Of a stretch of DNA of 64,000 bases, positions 46,301-59,640 are shown piece by piece; the first letter of the stretch is position 1, and every line of letters starts with the position of its first letter. This DNA is from Orbicella franksi (taxonomy: Eukaryota). Location of the stretch: assembly GCA_964199315.1 (NCBI GenBank), contig OZ116706.1:6262001-6326000 (forward strand). The letters are read 5' to 3'. The notes under the pieces are model-generated. The model saw nothing but the letters and a program-made list of their open reading frames with translations, was not told the DNA's origin and did not search any database. The translations under genes were made by a program, and so were the position numbers.

Positions 46301-49300
46301 TCGTGGCTTGGTTGCGGGTTGGGCAGGCCAGTCGGGTGTTCTAGTGCCTTGGGGATGTGACTGCGGTTGCAGCCCCCGGGCTTCGTAGGCACCTTCCCTC
46401 CGCTAGCGACTTGGGCGTTAAATTAGGCTTATGATATCGGTACATCTTTTGTCAGGAGGATTGCTACACTGAAACGTTCGTTAAATGGAAAGGTCGTAAC
46501 GTAAGGCGTTTTTCGGCAGGTCCATCCGGAGGTTTCGCTACAACTTCGGGAACAACAAAACTGCTTATAGCTCACCATTGTGAATCTTGACGCTGTTTAA
46601 TAAGTGATGAACCATACTCGTAGCCGGATGTGGACAAGTCTGATTTAGAACCTCTTCTTTCTGTGGTCATACCCATTTGAAAAGAAAAGTTCGACTGAAG
46701 TGCTTCTTCTCGACTGGAGGGACTAGAATCTAACAATAAAAGAAAATATGAAAATTATGTATGTAGATGTGTCTGGTGTCCCTTGCAAAAGAACCGGTAG
46801 ACTTCAGTATATAAGATAAAGGTCACACAAAAATGAACATCACGCGAAACTAAAGCCACGCGATAATTCCGTCAACGATGGCATAACTCATAGCGGCATG
46901 AGTGGCTGACTCTTCTTCACTTGATTTCATACCCTGAAGAACTAAAGCTCATGACCTGCTCTAAGCTCTGCTCACTCGTCATACTGGTCTAAATTATATG
47001 GCATCCATCTTCCGATGATTTTACATTAGAACTGACTCTCGATGCTTCCTACCAAAAGAGAACTGACGGCACATAAAACTGCAATCTTTCCATCTCACCT
47101 GCGAGGACCGTTTTTCCTGCTTGCCGCTCATGAGTTCCCTTTGGTTTCGCTTGCTGTTCTGCTGCCTGAGGATCAAACATACAAAACTCATTAAAGTTTC
47201 ACTGACCTTGAATAAAATCTAATTTTCCCTGACCGTGGCAACCCTGTTCAAAGGCAGTTAGTTACATTCACAGGCAGAAAATAGTTTACATCTTGATGGA
47301 AGCACCCAAAAACAAAGTCACACACCTCATTTCTTGTCATGAACGGCTGCTGGGGTTTGGATTTAACTGAAGCGGAGCCATCCCTGTCCTTTTTCTTGCC
47401 CAGAATGACAGACTTAGTTTTTCTGATTTCTTCTGCAATTGTGGATGAGCCATAGGTCGGCTAAAAAGTTCAATCACAGAAAACATTGATTAGCACTTGA
47501 TGTATTATCAGTTACAGATTTCTTCACAAAGGGCTCCAAAGTTCAAACCCGGACTGCTCAATCCAGAGGCGAGCTCAGTAACCATGAGACCCCCACACCT
47601 CCAAGTCTAAACAATGTAGAATTGACCCTTTTGCCACGTTTGCACGTTGAACCACTGATATCTGCAATAACAACCATTCAAGCCACTCACTAAACAAACT
47701 CCCACCAAATAAATTGGTAATTCTGTAATCATACCTCAATTCTGTCTTTTTTTCTAAGGACATTTTAAGCAGACGTTAGATTTCATTAAAGTAGTACTGA
47801 ACTCTTGTACCCCCTCCCCCCTCTCCTCTTGTGGGCAACCTGATAAAATGCTTGGGGTGGAGTGGGGGGGGGGGGGGGGAGGGGGACCTGTGAGGGCCTA
47901 CCATCCTGTCCAGGAATAGTAGTACTCCTAGCATCTTACCATACAATACGATACAATAATTTTTTGACAGTAATTTTACAACTCATTTTACTGTGGAAAC
48001 TGAATTTGATCACTCCCTTGTCAAACCACCAAACCAAGAAAAGGAAACAAAGCAGCAGAAACACTTCATAAGTGTGACAGTGGATTTTGAAGTCAGGCTA
48101 GTAGGTTATCTCTTTCACCAACCAATGTTCTTTTAGGTAAAATTTGAGAAAATTAAAATTGCAGAAGCACAAAATAATTTAAGTAATTAAAAATATCGTT
48201 GACATATAAAACAATTTGATCTAGGATGTACTAACTTGACAGTGATTTTCATGGGCCCCTCAAAAAAAATATTATTACTGTCAAGCTAGTACATTCTGGT
48301 TTCAGCTGGTTGAACAACCAGGAAAACTAAAAACAGTCGAACCTCCGGTTGCGACCACCTCTCCTCAGTGACCAGTTTTCCAAAATACCAAAAGTTCCCA
48401 AGTCATATCACTATATTTTGAACCTCTTGTAAGCAACCAGCTCTCATAAGCAAGCTAAAAGTTTGACATTTTCTTTTGTTTTTAACCTCCTGTAAGCAAC
48501 CCCTTGACAGATAACAGAGCATAAATTGGATAATAAGGTGTTGTAACATCATCGCATTCCTGGGTAGTACAAGAGATGGAAATTTCTCAATGGGAAGCAC
48601 TGCATTTTTTTCTCAAAATCGACTTTTCACATGAATAAAACATTTAAAACATACGGTAAGTCTCTGCAGTTACCTAATGAGGCAAAATTTTGACTCAATA
48701 TGGTCTAAGCTCTCGTAAGTGACCACCTTCAGCTTGACAGTTTGGGTGATCGCTTATTGGAGATTTGACTGAATTTACTTTTGTCCTTATTTACCTTTGC
48801 ATTCTTTGGTTGTTCAAGCTCCGATTCCTCATTATCCACAGGAAAAAAGCTGTAATTAGCAGCCACTAGATGGCTGGTGTGGGAAGCCAAACCTGGCTTA
48901 TTCTTTGCTTTGCTGTCTTCATCAATGACATTACCCTTATCACTTTGAGTAACATTAGTTCTTTCCTCTGGTTGAGAAGTTGTTCTTGATGCATTGATAT
49001 TTGCTGCTACCAAGTTAGAATTGCGAGGTTTGATTTCTGCAGAGCTGTAAACAGCTTGTTTCGCTGTTGAAGAGGGATTTCCTGATCCTTTCACCATTTC
49101 TGCATTTGACGCTGGTGAAAAACTCTCAGACTTTTCTGAACTTTCATTTTCTTTAGTTCTACTTTTGTCTGAAGCCACGTCCTGCGAGCTAACTTCATTT
49201 GGCTTTTCTTTAGCAGCCATTTGTTGCATGACAAGTTTCTTCTCAGCACTAAATTCTTTGCCAAGTGGCACACTTCCATGCATATTTGGTTTAACATCTT

Positions 49301-52300
49301 GTGTTTTCAAGTCTTGTGAACTCTCTGCAGGTCTAATGCCCTGAGATGAAGCTCCCTTGTGAGCAAAATGCCTTGATTTGAGAGAAATTTCAGTCTTCTT
49401 TGAAACCGGTTTCAGATCTCCTCCCTTGTCTTTCAAGGTTTTTTCATATTCTTCTCTTTCTTGCTGGAAAGCTGGATGATTGTAAGCATCATTTATTGTA
49501 AATCTGTCCTTTGGGTCTAGTTGTAATGTTGCCTGCAAATCAAAGACTCAAAATTAATCTACATTATAATCTAGTTGGTGGAGACATGGTAACCTCATGG
49601 TTAGTGCACTTACCTCCAGATCAAGGGTCCAGGTTCGAGCCCTGGCAAGGTTACATTGTGGTGTTGTGTTCTTGAGCAAGACACCTAACTCTCACAGTAC
49701 CTCTCTCTGCCCAGGTGAGTAAAATGAGGACTGGCAAACTTTATGCTGGGGGGTAATTCCAAGATAGACTAGCATTCTATCCAGGGGGGAGTAGAAATAC
49801 TCCTGGTCGTTTCACGCTACTGAAACTGAGATAAGCACCGCCTGATGGGCCACCTGGCTTGTATGCAGACTTTTCTAATCTAGTTGTTCTAATAAACTAC
49901 AGATGGCTCAACCAAAACATAGATTCAATGGCACTAAAACCTTACCTGCATAAAACTAAGCATGATTCCATTAATGACTCCTGCGTACTTCCTTCCTAAC
50001 GTCTGAGGGTTAATTGTGGTTGGAAACTGCAAATAGCAACGCAACTCACTGACAATATCTTTGTTAAATTTATTGAACAGGAACAAGTGCTTGAATATTG
50101 AGAATGTAGAAGTTTGCCAGTTATTGCCAAAGACTTCAAAAGTTTATAATCACAGCTCTAAACTCAATGGTTAAAATGTCTTACGATCGATAAAAAATAA
50201 TCAGTAAGAAATGTACACTGGCTGCAGTGTTCTCAACATAAAATTATGCAAAGATGGATATCGTAGAAGTGTTAATTGAAGTTGCCTGATCAAATTACTG
50301 TCGTTTACTAATGAAAGCCTGCAAAGGTTATTCATAATCATATTGCTGACCTTGAGTCCTTTAAATCTGGGATTGGTATAAAACATCTCCATTTGATCTG
50401 GTGGCAGATGACCCAGAACCTAAATCATAATTAGGTTAAAGTAAGTTGTAAGTACACTGTAAGTACATGTTAGGATAATCAACAAAACTTCCAATCAGTG
50501 ACAGTGAATTTAACATCATGATTTACTGACCTTTTGTATTGTAAACAATTGATCTATCTCACTCTCTCCAGGAAATACCGGCTATCAAACAGAGAGAAAC
50601 AAATGGTTGGAAATCACCCAGTAAATTGGTACATAATTACGCAGTTTTACAGGAAACACTTAAGGCAGATGATACGCATGGCAAGACCACTAGATATGTT
50701 GAGATGCTCGTGTTAAATAGTGACTCTGTATTCTGTATAGTTGTGAAATTCAGCATCTGTTTTATGTTCTCGAACTTAGACTTTTCCACAACTTTCCAAC
50801 AAAATCAATCTAAAAACAATTCAAACAATGATAAAAATACATAGCTAGAAGACCTTTCTTGCATTCTACTTCAGTGCATATGAACAGCAGCACGATGACA
50901 TCAACTCAGTGCCAATGCTAGCTGGAATGCGGACAAGGCTCATATTGACTGAGGTGGGTTGCACCGCACAAATGTTATTTGACTTAGGCCATAGTACACA
51001 CACCTTACTTAAACTGTAGTTGGGCAATGCACAGAGCCATACAAATTTCCATGGACTGATGCAGCCCTCCACTAGCAAGCTTGGGAAAATAGTAAATTTA
51101 GACTGACGATATTTGCCCTGCTTTTACTAACCTGACCATCACTGAGTTCCCCCAGTATACAGCCAATAGCCCAGATGTCAACTGGTTTACCATAGGAAGC
51201 CCTGATAGAAAATCAGTTGGTCAGTTAATTAGGCAAGAAATGAAATTCATCTCAATGTCCACATAATGAGAAGCTTTTAGACCATCTTAAGCCTTACCCT
51301 AAAAGTAGTTCAGGAGATCTGTACCACCGAGTGGCTACATAATCTGTAAACTGGCCACTACCATTAACAGTCATGGCTCTGGCAAAGCCTGTGAAGATCA
51401 AACCATACATGTCTTTTCACCAAAAACATAAACGTAATTACAGTGACGTCAGCTTCCTATACAACATACATGTTTGACTCCTGCTTTTCAATGCAACCCG
51501 ATCCATTGACTTGGGCATGTCCTTAGAATGGACCAGGACCACATCCCCAAGACTGCGCTTAGATGGACACCACCCAGGAGAGGCAGAGTTTTCAAATTGA
51601 CATAAAGTAGTAGGAGGAAATCGTAAAGTAGGCAGAGCACTACTTGCTCAGGATCAAGGTGGTCAGGTGTGGAGGAGTGCTGGAGTTGGTTACCTTCTCC
51701 TGCATGTTGGGGATGGTGGGGGTGGGGCAGGGGGGGGTGAGTGGGTTGCTGCTCCTGAAAAAAATTGAAAAATCTGTGTGCATCCAGGTGCATTCCAGAA
51801 CATTTCTGGCAAACACAAGTGATTTTGTCGGAGGCAACAGTGTAAATGACAGCATACTTTGAATTTTTTTCACCTGTTCATTTATTTCCCCAGAAAGATC
51901 AGATCCTGATTACAATGGTGAAACAAAACTGAGCATAATTTAAATAAACTTTATGACCAGAACAACTTGGAGATGTACTGTGATGGCCGAGCTAAAAGAG
52001 ATGGGCTTGACATGGACATGGGGTGATGCACAACATGCTGCAAAGGACCAGTAATGTTGGAAACAGATCGTTGATGCCTATGTGCCACCTGGCTAAGCAA
52101 AGCTAAGTTTAACTCCAGCTTTAAGATACTTGCAAGCAAGGAGTATTTATTATATATAAATTAAACTATTCCTGCTAGATGGATCATGCAGTTAATTGCA
52201 GGTTAGCTAAACTATTTTGTAACATGTAAGTTTCACTGAAAATTCACACCTAAGCAACATTTTTAAACTAAACTAGCCAGTGAACAGGCTCTCAGCAGGG

Positions 52301-55300
52301 ATGAAAAAAATACTTGGCAATTGAAGCAGGCTGAGCGTCCCTCCCCCCCCCCCCCCCACCCCCAACCCCACAGAAAACACTTGTCTAGCTCTGCTCAACT
52401 CTATTTGATTTTTTTTTTCTCACCCAGTTGGCCAAAACTAAACAAGAGCATTGCATGATACAGTTTACATGAGAAAACATGAAACGTCTTTAACGCTTTT
52501 AACCTTACCAAAGTCACAAAGTTTAAGAACCCCATCCTTACTAATGAGCAAATTTTCTGGTTTAATGTCTGTCGGCAGAGAAAAGAAGCAATGGTTACAG
52601 AGGAAGGTGTCCATGCGAGATGATTGACCCAAATGACCAGAAAAACTCAAAATCCAAGTGATGTGTAATTTCAAAACATTTCACAGCAGTGCACTCCAAT
52701 GATTGAACAGGCTACTTATATCACTTGCACACAAAAAATATTATTAACTTATCAGAGTATTAGTAATCATCATTTTCATGTAAACAGGGTACAGATTGTT
52801 AAAAAAATAAAACATGAACATTGCAAATTACAAAATGTTCATTTCCATCCAATGATATTTGTTATCTGCCACTCAGTAAAGGTAAAGAATTATTCTGAAA
52901 ATTTCAATTTGCATGGTGCACTGTTGATTGATAAATTTATCGGCCATAGAGGATTCACCAGCCAGTGTTAACTTTTCATTCAAACAAACTAAAGAAATAT
53001 TGCACCTCTGTGAATGACATCATTCTGATGACACCATTTAATGGCTTTGATGAGCTGGAAAATGTAGTTTCTGGAAGGAAAGTTAAGTTAACAAAAAGTG
53101 TCAGTGACCAACATATATAGACAAATGTGTTTTAACATGCATGATGCTAATTATTTATTATAACAGTATTTAGTGATCCAACAAAAAGTAAAACTAAATT
53201 ATTTTAATTTACTTTATTGTTTAAGTAGTACATGGTAGCAAAAAAATAGTAGTCATTATAAGTGAATGGTCAAATTCTTAGTACATGTATATTGAACATT
53301 CTTTCATACATTTGGCTGTCTTCTAAGGTTGCTCTCTCTGAAAAACTAACCTAACTTTGTTTGATGGAACTCCATTTGGCATTTCTTCAAGTAACTCAAG
53401 CATATTCTGCAGAAAAATGTGCATATCAAGGAATTTATTAATAATATTTAATCATAATGTTAAAACAATAATGGATGTACAATCTCACACGTGTTTACTT
53501 ACTCTTTCAACATATTCAAAAACCAAATATAGCTTTCCCCTTCTGCGAAATGCTTCCCTAAGAAAAAGACATTCAATATATTAGCCAACAATACTGACTT
53601 TCTCAACATTCTATAATGTACTGCCAGCTTTGAGGTGCGGTGGCCTCATGGTTAGAGCGCTCGTCTCTGGATCAAGCGGTCCAGGTTTGAGACCTGGTCA
53701 GGGACATTGTGTTGTGTTCTTGGGCAAGACACTTTACTCTCACAGTGACTCTCTCCACTAAGGTGTATAAATGGGTACCAGCGACCTTAATGCTGGGAAT
53801 AACCCTGCGATGGACTAGCATCTCACCCAGGGGTGGAGTAGAAATACTCCTAGTCAGTTCATGCTATAGAAACCAAGATAAGCACCAACCTTATGGGCCA
53901 CTTGGCTCATATGCAGACTATACCTACCAGCATTAATATGCAGTACCACTTAGCACAATAAATGTTAAACCTAAACTTTTACAACTGTTGACTAACCTCA
54001 ACTCAACAATATTCTCTTGTTTCAACATGCGAAGGACTTTCAATTCCCTCAATGTGGTTCTTTTCACATCCTCATTTTCTGTGGAAATATGACAATCAAT
54101 CAAAAATATAATGTACAAATTTATAAAATTACAGGATTGTACATGTAAAAAATGGAAACTGTAGCTTATGTACCATTAATATTTTTATCTCATGCCAAAT
54201 TGGATACAATTTCCCCACTGTTGTTTCAAGCATCCTGTGATAAATTATTTTTGGATTTCCAGTAAGTTTTTAAAGTCACAATTTAGACATTTCTCAAGAT
54301 ATTTTGTTGTTTAACTGAAACAAAGCATATTAGACTTGCCCCTCATTTACGATAGCAAAAAATTAATTTCTTTCATAAAATATTGTGTCTCACGCCAAAC
54401 AAATTAAAAGAATTGAGCTCTACTCTGACTTAAAGACATGAGTGTTTCTCAAGTAGAGTGTCCTCCAAATAAGAAACAAAGGTACAACTTTTTTCTCTAT
54501 TTACTTAGGCAATGTACTGATTAATGAACTTATTCTGACTTGATTAGCTATGGTCAGTTCTTGATGTAATTAAATACAGTGTAGTTAACCACTGACATTT
54601 TAGGCTCCTCTCCGAGAAATTAATTAAACTAGATGAAAAACTGAAGCGTATAGTCTATGTTACGTACTACATAAGAAAATCCTTTCCTTTGGAGATGGTT
54701 TCAAGATTACAAATATATATATACAAGTTTTGCAAGCGTTGAAAACACATAATTATGTTATAAAAAAATAAATAACACACATCACCACAAATGTTGAATT
54801 TAGCATCCATTCATGATGAAAAACCATTTCAATAATGGCTCATATAAAACCTTTTAATTAAATGGAGGAAGGTGTCAACATAAACAAAGCAGGCTTCAAT
54901 AAGATTAATTTTTCATTATATAAGCAATACAAATTGCTAAAATCTAAAACAAAGAAAGTAGCTGATTGCCTTTGAATACATTTCTAAGCTCCAAAAACAG
55001 CGCTATTTGCCCTCTGCTCTTAAAGTAAACCACAAAATATTGCGTACACAAACTACATGCAAGTTGCTGTCATGCATGTTTGTAACAAAATAATACAACA
55101 TTCGAGAAGTTTTAAGCTCAACAGAAATCAATATCAAAACAGGAACAAACATCACTGAAATTTAAAGGATGAAAGTTGCATGTAAAAGATTCCTTCATTT
55201 TTCAGTGAAAATAGGCCAAATGTAACATAGTTAATGGTTTGAACCTGGCAGTATCAGTAGTTTGTCTTTTGTGATCGTCCAGGTGAGGGTAGTTCTGAAA

Positions 55301-55933
55301 AGAACTGTTGTTGGTGACTGATGTTTCAATTGACAACCTGAGCAGAAGTCATCTTCAGAGTCAAGTGAATATCAACTGACAAACCGTATTCACTTGACTC
55401 TGAAGATGACTTCTGCTCAGGTTGTCGTCCCTCACCCGGACGATCACACAGTACAAACTATGGGCCAAATGAGAGAGACCTCTCAAAAACTCTTAAGAAA
55501 TCTTGGAGCAGACTCAAATATAGTAGAAATGCACATTAGAACCCCAGATTAATCAAGAATGCATGAGAGTTTCAAGCCAAACAGGGCCTATTAAAACCAA
55601 TACTGAATTGGCTCATGGCATGGCATCAACCAAAAATCACAGTGATGTAAGGTATACCATTGCGCACCACTCGAAAAAGCAGTCAGTGTACTGTAAAACA
55701 CAGACTGTGGACTGCAGACTGCAGACTCGGGGTAAAATACAGACTAAGGGTAAAAGGAAGACTGCCGACTGCAGACTCCAGACTCGGGGTAAAAGGAAGA
55801 CTAGGGGTAAAATGCAGACTGCGGACTGCAGACTGTCACTGCTAACATAAACCCTCATCTTCAGGGGGAGGGGAAACTCCCTGGGGGGGGGGGTACTTTG
55901 GGAATTTCTGGGTGGGGATGTGCCGCTGGGACC

Positions 55934-55964
<31 letters not shown>

Positions 55965-56086
55965 CAGCTGAATTTTGCTACCCTACACTAGAGTAAACTC
56001 CCCAAATCCCCCCATCTTTTGACACTGTTGAGGCTGATTTGCGTAAATTTAAACTTGCCGATTTGATTTTTTTATATTTCTGAGTG

Positions 56087-56124
<38 letters not shown>

Positions 56125-57673
56125 CCAACTAGTCACTCTTAAGAAAAATTCTACCCTATTCTAGACCCAAATGCTCTGATTTATATACCCTATCCTAGAG
56201 TAAACTGCCTGAAAACCATACCCTTCACAGCGGTACATACCTATGTAGCCCATATATGAGAGTGCCCCCCCCTTCCCCTCCAGGGAAAACTCCCACATGA
56301 AAGGGGCAGAGATTAGCTCTTAATGGGGTGTAAAATGCTGGTTCTGGAATCAGATAGAGTGTTTCAGATGGGAGGCTAATATTTGGCATCAAGACTTCTT
56401 TCAGGATTGCATGTAAAGAAACATAAAAATACCATCATAGTGTATCAGTGGTGTAGAATGACATGAAATCTTCAATCTTTTAATAGACAAAAGCATTATT
56501 TTTTTCCAACATCCTTATCGCCGTTTAAACCCACTGTAGCTTTTATTTGTCTGTCTGTTCTTGAGAGATATCTTTTAGGGGTCAATAAAAGCTTGAGCCA
56601 CACTTGATTATAATTTTCTGGCACACATCATCCCAGTTCTTAAACAGGAGAGCCTTTTGCCATTTACCTCTCACGAGCCCTACGTACAAGACATGCTTCT
56701 TTTGACTGACAGGCCATATTTCTTACCTTCACTGTCTTTGAATTTTTTGATGGCTACAATTTCATTTGTCTCCTGTGGCAAATAAAACATAAAGTTTCAA
56801 AATTTTGACAACATAATGCAGACAATTTTCACGTAGATAAAAATCATTGTCTCTCCGAGTTATCTGACAAAGCTTCTTAGCTTGGATTTTTAAGCTTCGG
56901 GGTACAAAAAACCAACAGGAAACTTATCAAGTCTCTTCTGACAAATATATGGTAATTTTCCTAAATCAAGTTTACATTACTTTAAAACTCCTTTGATGCG
57001 AAACTAACTTAGTCATCTACAGCAGGTAAGCTTATATACTTTATTTTTCCACCCACAACCCTCAAAAACTTCATGAACCAAGACACCATTCAAGTAACAG
57101 TGTCTGTTGACAAACAAACCAACTAATGCATGTACAAACAAATGCCGATTCAAGCAACCGAGATAGCTATCAAGCCTGCAAATTTCTGCTTCACTGGACC
57201 TTGAAGGGAAGTTCTCAGATTGAATTGACTTCGGTAATATGATCTCAGTAACATATAAGAAGCATTTCCGATTTTATGGCGACTAAGAGTCCGTGCGTGT
57301 TTAGTCGCTGAAACAATGCACAGCAAAATAATCATCAACCCACTTAATAACCTTACGCCGTGATCCATATGTTTGATTTTTTTTGTCATGTGCAAGCTGC
57401 TAAGCTTAAATTAAAGAAAATATCTCTGTTACCTTGTGCCTACATCTCAAAACCACTCCATAGGCTCCTAATAATACAAAAAAGGAAGATATTTAACACG
57501 AATTTGCACCACTTAAACCCGCATTTTGCATACCAAAACAATTCACACACACAAAAACGTAATGCCCATAAAACAATTTCAATCTCATTACGATGCATGC
57601 AAAAACATGTACAAGCTAATATTTAAAACCACTTACCTTCGCCCACAATTCCAAGAACCTCGTACTTATTCAT
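43369..57673 (-). CDS. CDKL5: Cyclin-dependent kinase-like 5 orthologue, ~863 aa, 22 coding exons
   Basis: Phase-consistent GT-AG exons: 57673-57637, 57467-57433, 56772-56727, 54078-53997, 53557-53503, 53406-53351, 53070-53006, 52568-52509, 51388-51298, 51201-51132, 50581-50531, 50419-50351, 50026-49946, 49532-48795, 47460-47326, 47165-47099, 46729-46576, 45544-45451, 45212-45160, 44891-44852 (or 44846), 44762-44709, 43827-43369. The kinase domain [53 protein letters not shown]...HRDIKPEN...DFGFAR...[17 protein letters not shown]...[14 protein letters not shown] closely matches CDKL5. Tail exons are less certain than kinase exons. Confidence 0.93.
44191..44475 (-). mobile_element. tRNA-derived SINE
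   Basis: Reverse complement has an A-box-like gtggcctcatggttgg, a B-box ggttcgagccc, then the body acattgtgttgtgttcttgggcaagacac...gggtaaccctgtgatggactagcat. Homologous to 49578-49872 and 53632-53921, with fragments at ~43870-43985 and ~47860-47945. Confidence 0.85.
44496..44676. mobile_element. MITE in a CDKL5 intron
   Basis: ggtcatctcgcttcatggttagatcgct / agcgatctaaccatggagcgatctgacc inverted termini. Confidence 0.6.
48334..48771. mobile_element. Tc1/mariner-like MITE in a CDKL5 intron
   Basis: cagtcgaacctccggttgcgaccacc / gggtgatcgcttattggagatttgactg inverted termini with internal taagc(a/g)acc repeats. Confidence 0.65.
49578..49872 (+). mobile_element. tRNA-derived SINE
   Basis: Full-length match to the other copies; B-box ggttcgagccc at ~49632. 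Confidence 0.85.
53632..53921 (+). mobile_element. tRNA-derived SINE
   Basis: gaggtgcggtggcctcatggttagagcg...gggacattgtgttgtgttcttgggcaagacac...ccacttggctcatatgcagac. Confidence 0.85.
55271..55447. repeat. Palindromic Penelope-derived element with two broken hammerhead motifs
   Basis: Perfect 40-bp inverted repeat (55332-55371 / 55387-55426, 15-nt loop) plus outer arms gtgatcgtccaggtgaggg / ccctcacccggacgatcac. Each arm reads CTGAAGA-T-GAC(ttctgctcaggtt)GTC. Confidence 0.8.
55695..55835. repeat. Modular (gactgca)n / ggggtaaaa simple repeat
   Basis: Repeated cagactgc/gactgcag units alternating with actcggggtaaaa / actaggggtaaaa. Confidence 0.75.
55883..56272. mobile_element. MITE with gggggtac...gtgccccc termini
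   Basis: G-run-gtacttt at the left end and gagagtg-C-run at the right end, with an internal duplicated ctagagtaaact. Confidence 0.55.
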
Positions 57674-58659
57674 CAGCATTTAACAGACATACTGCAGTAT
57701 TTTTAATAATTGATCTTCCGCTTGCCGTTGAAATAGCGTGAACGATGCCTCCTGAGATACAACAACATATCTTGCCAAGCATCTTCCGTTTCAGGAAGCA
57801 CGTGTTTCAAGATGCACAAATATCGCAATGGGACGTACAGAAGTAGCCATTCATACATCTGCCATTGAAAGGAAATTGTTACAAATCCGGAAAGTTTCGT
57901 GGTATTTGACCCAATCTGTCTGACATACTTTTCTTCACGGTAACCAACAAGTCGAGGGTTGCTATTTCGTTTCCCATGATCCCCTTGTAACCCCTCGTAA
58001 CGACAGAAATTCCTTTCTGATGACGTAACACAAGGGTCTGATCATGTCACGAGATGGCCAGGGGATGGACAGCTCTCTGGTGCTCATCTTCTTTGCAGTC
58101 TTCAGAGCACAAACTTTGAGACATTTTTCATACATGTTTTTAAAAGTCGTAATTTCCTAACCGTTGATACGGAGAGAGGAAGCCACATCAGCCTTGGCTG
58201 GTTTTCATGCGGGTCCTATATCCCGGTCGAATTGGAATTTGTAGTTGCTGGTTTTTGTGGAGAACCCGGAGAATCTTTAACCTTCAATCTTTAATCTTTA
58301 TTTATACACGGTAAAAACTTCAGGTGGAAAACATTACATAATAATGACTAAAAATCCAAATCCTAACATTATATTAACTTACATTAATATGCCACTTAAG
58401 AAAAATCCTGGTTTCCATGAATGCCGTGTTTAAAAATTATAGTAGAGAAGGCGATTAAATTTGTCCAATGAACCAGACTCTCTAATGTTACAGGGTTAGC
58501 TGTTCCAAAGGGAAGCGCCGCTGTAACTAAAACTATTTTTCATGGAGTTAGTTCTTGGAAAGGGGACAACAAGTTTGTTTACCGAGTCCCTCAGAGAATA
58601 GCTTGATTCATTTCGCTTTATAAATTTAGACGTGAGATATTCCGGAACAAGATCGTTTA

Positions 58660-58860
58660 AAGACTTTTTTTTTTTTTACTATTGCATACAATACTAACAT
58701 TACTTACACTATTAAGACTTCTTACAATACTAACATTACCTACAATGCTTACAATACTAATATTACTTACGCCACTACTGACATTACTTACAATACGACC
58801 GTTACTTACACTACGATTACTACTAACACTACGATTACACACAACAACTACTACAGATGC
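58660..58860. repeat. Degenerate (tactaacat/tacttacac)-type low-complexity repeat, probably the 3' tail of the adjacent Tx1 element
   Basis: Direct reading; lies 3' of the minus-strand retroelement ORF. Confidence 0.7.
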
Positions 58861-59016
58861 TCTGCCTACACAACTGATAATACAAATCTTGCTCTACATT
58901 GTACTCTAATTACACAATTACTTTTTCTGTTAACAAGATACTTTATATAAAATTACACGCAGGTATATGAATTATCATGAATGTACATATAAATTTAGAT
59001 AATTTACAAGCAGCAC

Positions 59017-59640
59017 TTACTCCTTTACAAAAAAAATTGGATTGTTATTCAAAACTAGGTTCCATTTTGCCTGAAAATGTTTTAAGCTTAAGATGCTTTG
59101 AGAGGCTATAAGCTTTTCAATTTCATATTTTCTCTTGACCACATCTTCGAAAGGGAAAAAGAGAGGGATTTGTTTATTTTTGCGACAATTCCATAAATAA
59201 ATTTTACTTAAAATGATAAAGTAGTTGAGCAGGTTCAGGAGGTTAGATCTCTGATCTAATATTCCTAATATAATGTTAATACATTCCAGTTTTATTTGCT
59301 CCCTGGTTACTGTCAACCAAAAGTCTTCAAAATTAGTCCAAAATTCTGTTGAGAAGGAGGATCGATAAAAGAAATGTTCTAATGTTTCTCGAGAGGTTAA
59401 AATCTGACATTAGTTTAGAGAACCCTCTTGAATGTTTGGCTTTTTCTTGAATGAGAAAAGCATAAAAGTTTCTACTCTTGCTCGAGAGAGGATCAAAATC
59501 TTTGTTACCACATTTTAACTCAAGTGTATTTAAAACGTTTCTATCGACGATGAGATTCCTTAAATGCTTTGGCACAGAGCAACGAACAGCAGACCACGTC
59601 AAGTAATTTGAGCCTAACCGTTTAAAGACTTGAAAACCAT
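59017..59640 (-). mobile_element. Tx1/L1-clade non-LTR retrotransposon remnant (ORF2 C-terminus), internally deleted and frameshifted
   Basis: LGSNYLTWSAVRCSVPKHLR...KSRNFYAFLIQEK... and IILGILDQRSNLLNLLNYFIILSKIYLWNCRKNK...EKLIA...HFQAKW are characteristic of the L1/Tx1 ORF2 C-terminal region. Confidence 0.8.

Noticed and set aside
48729-48794. CDKL5 ending at [21 protein letters not shown]
   Set aside because: The sequence follows an AAG|gtaaat donor and runs into a MITE terminus; downstream exons continue in phase.
51760-51830. [15 protein letters not shown] as a mutually exclusive activation-loop exon of CDKL5
   Set aside because: No acceptor directly before FAR, no VATRWYR continuation and wrong spacing; likely coincidence.
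55563-58909. ORFs at 55563-55858 and 58657-58909
   Set aside because: Translations of simple repeats.
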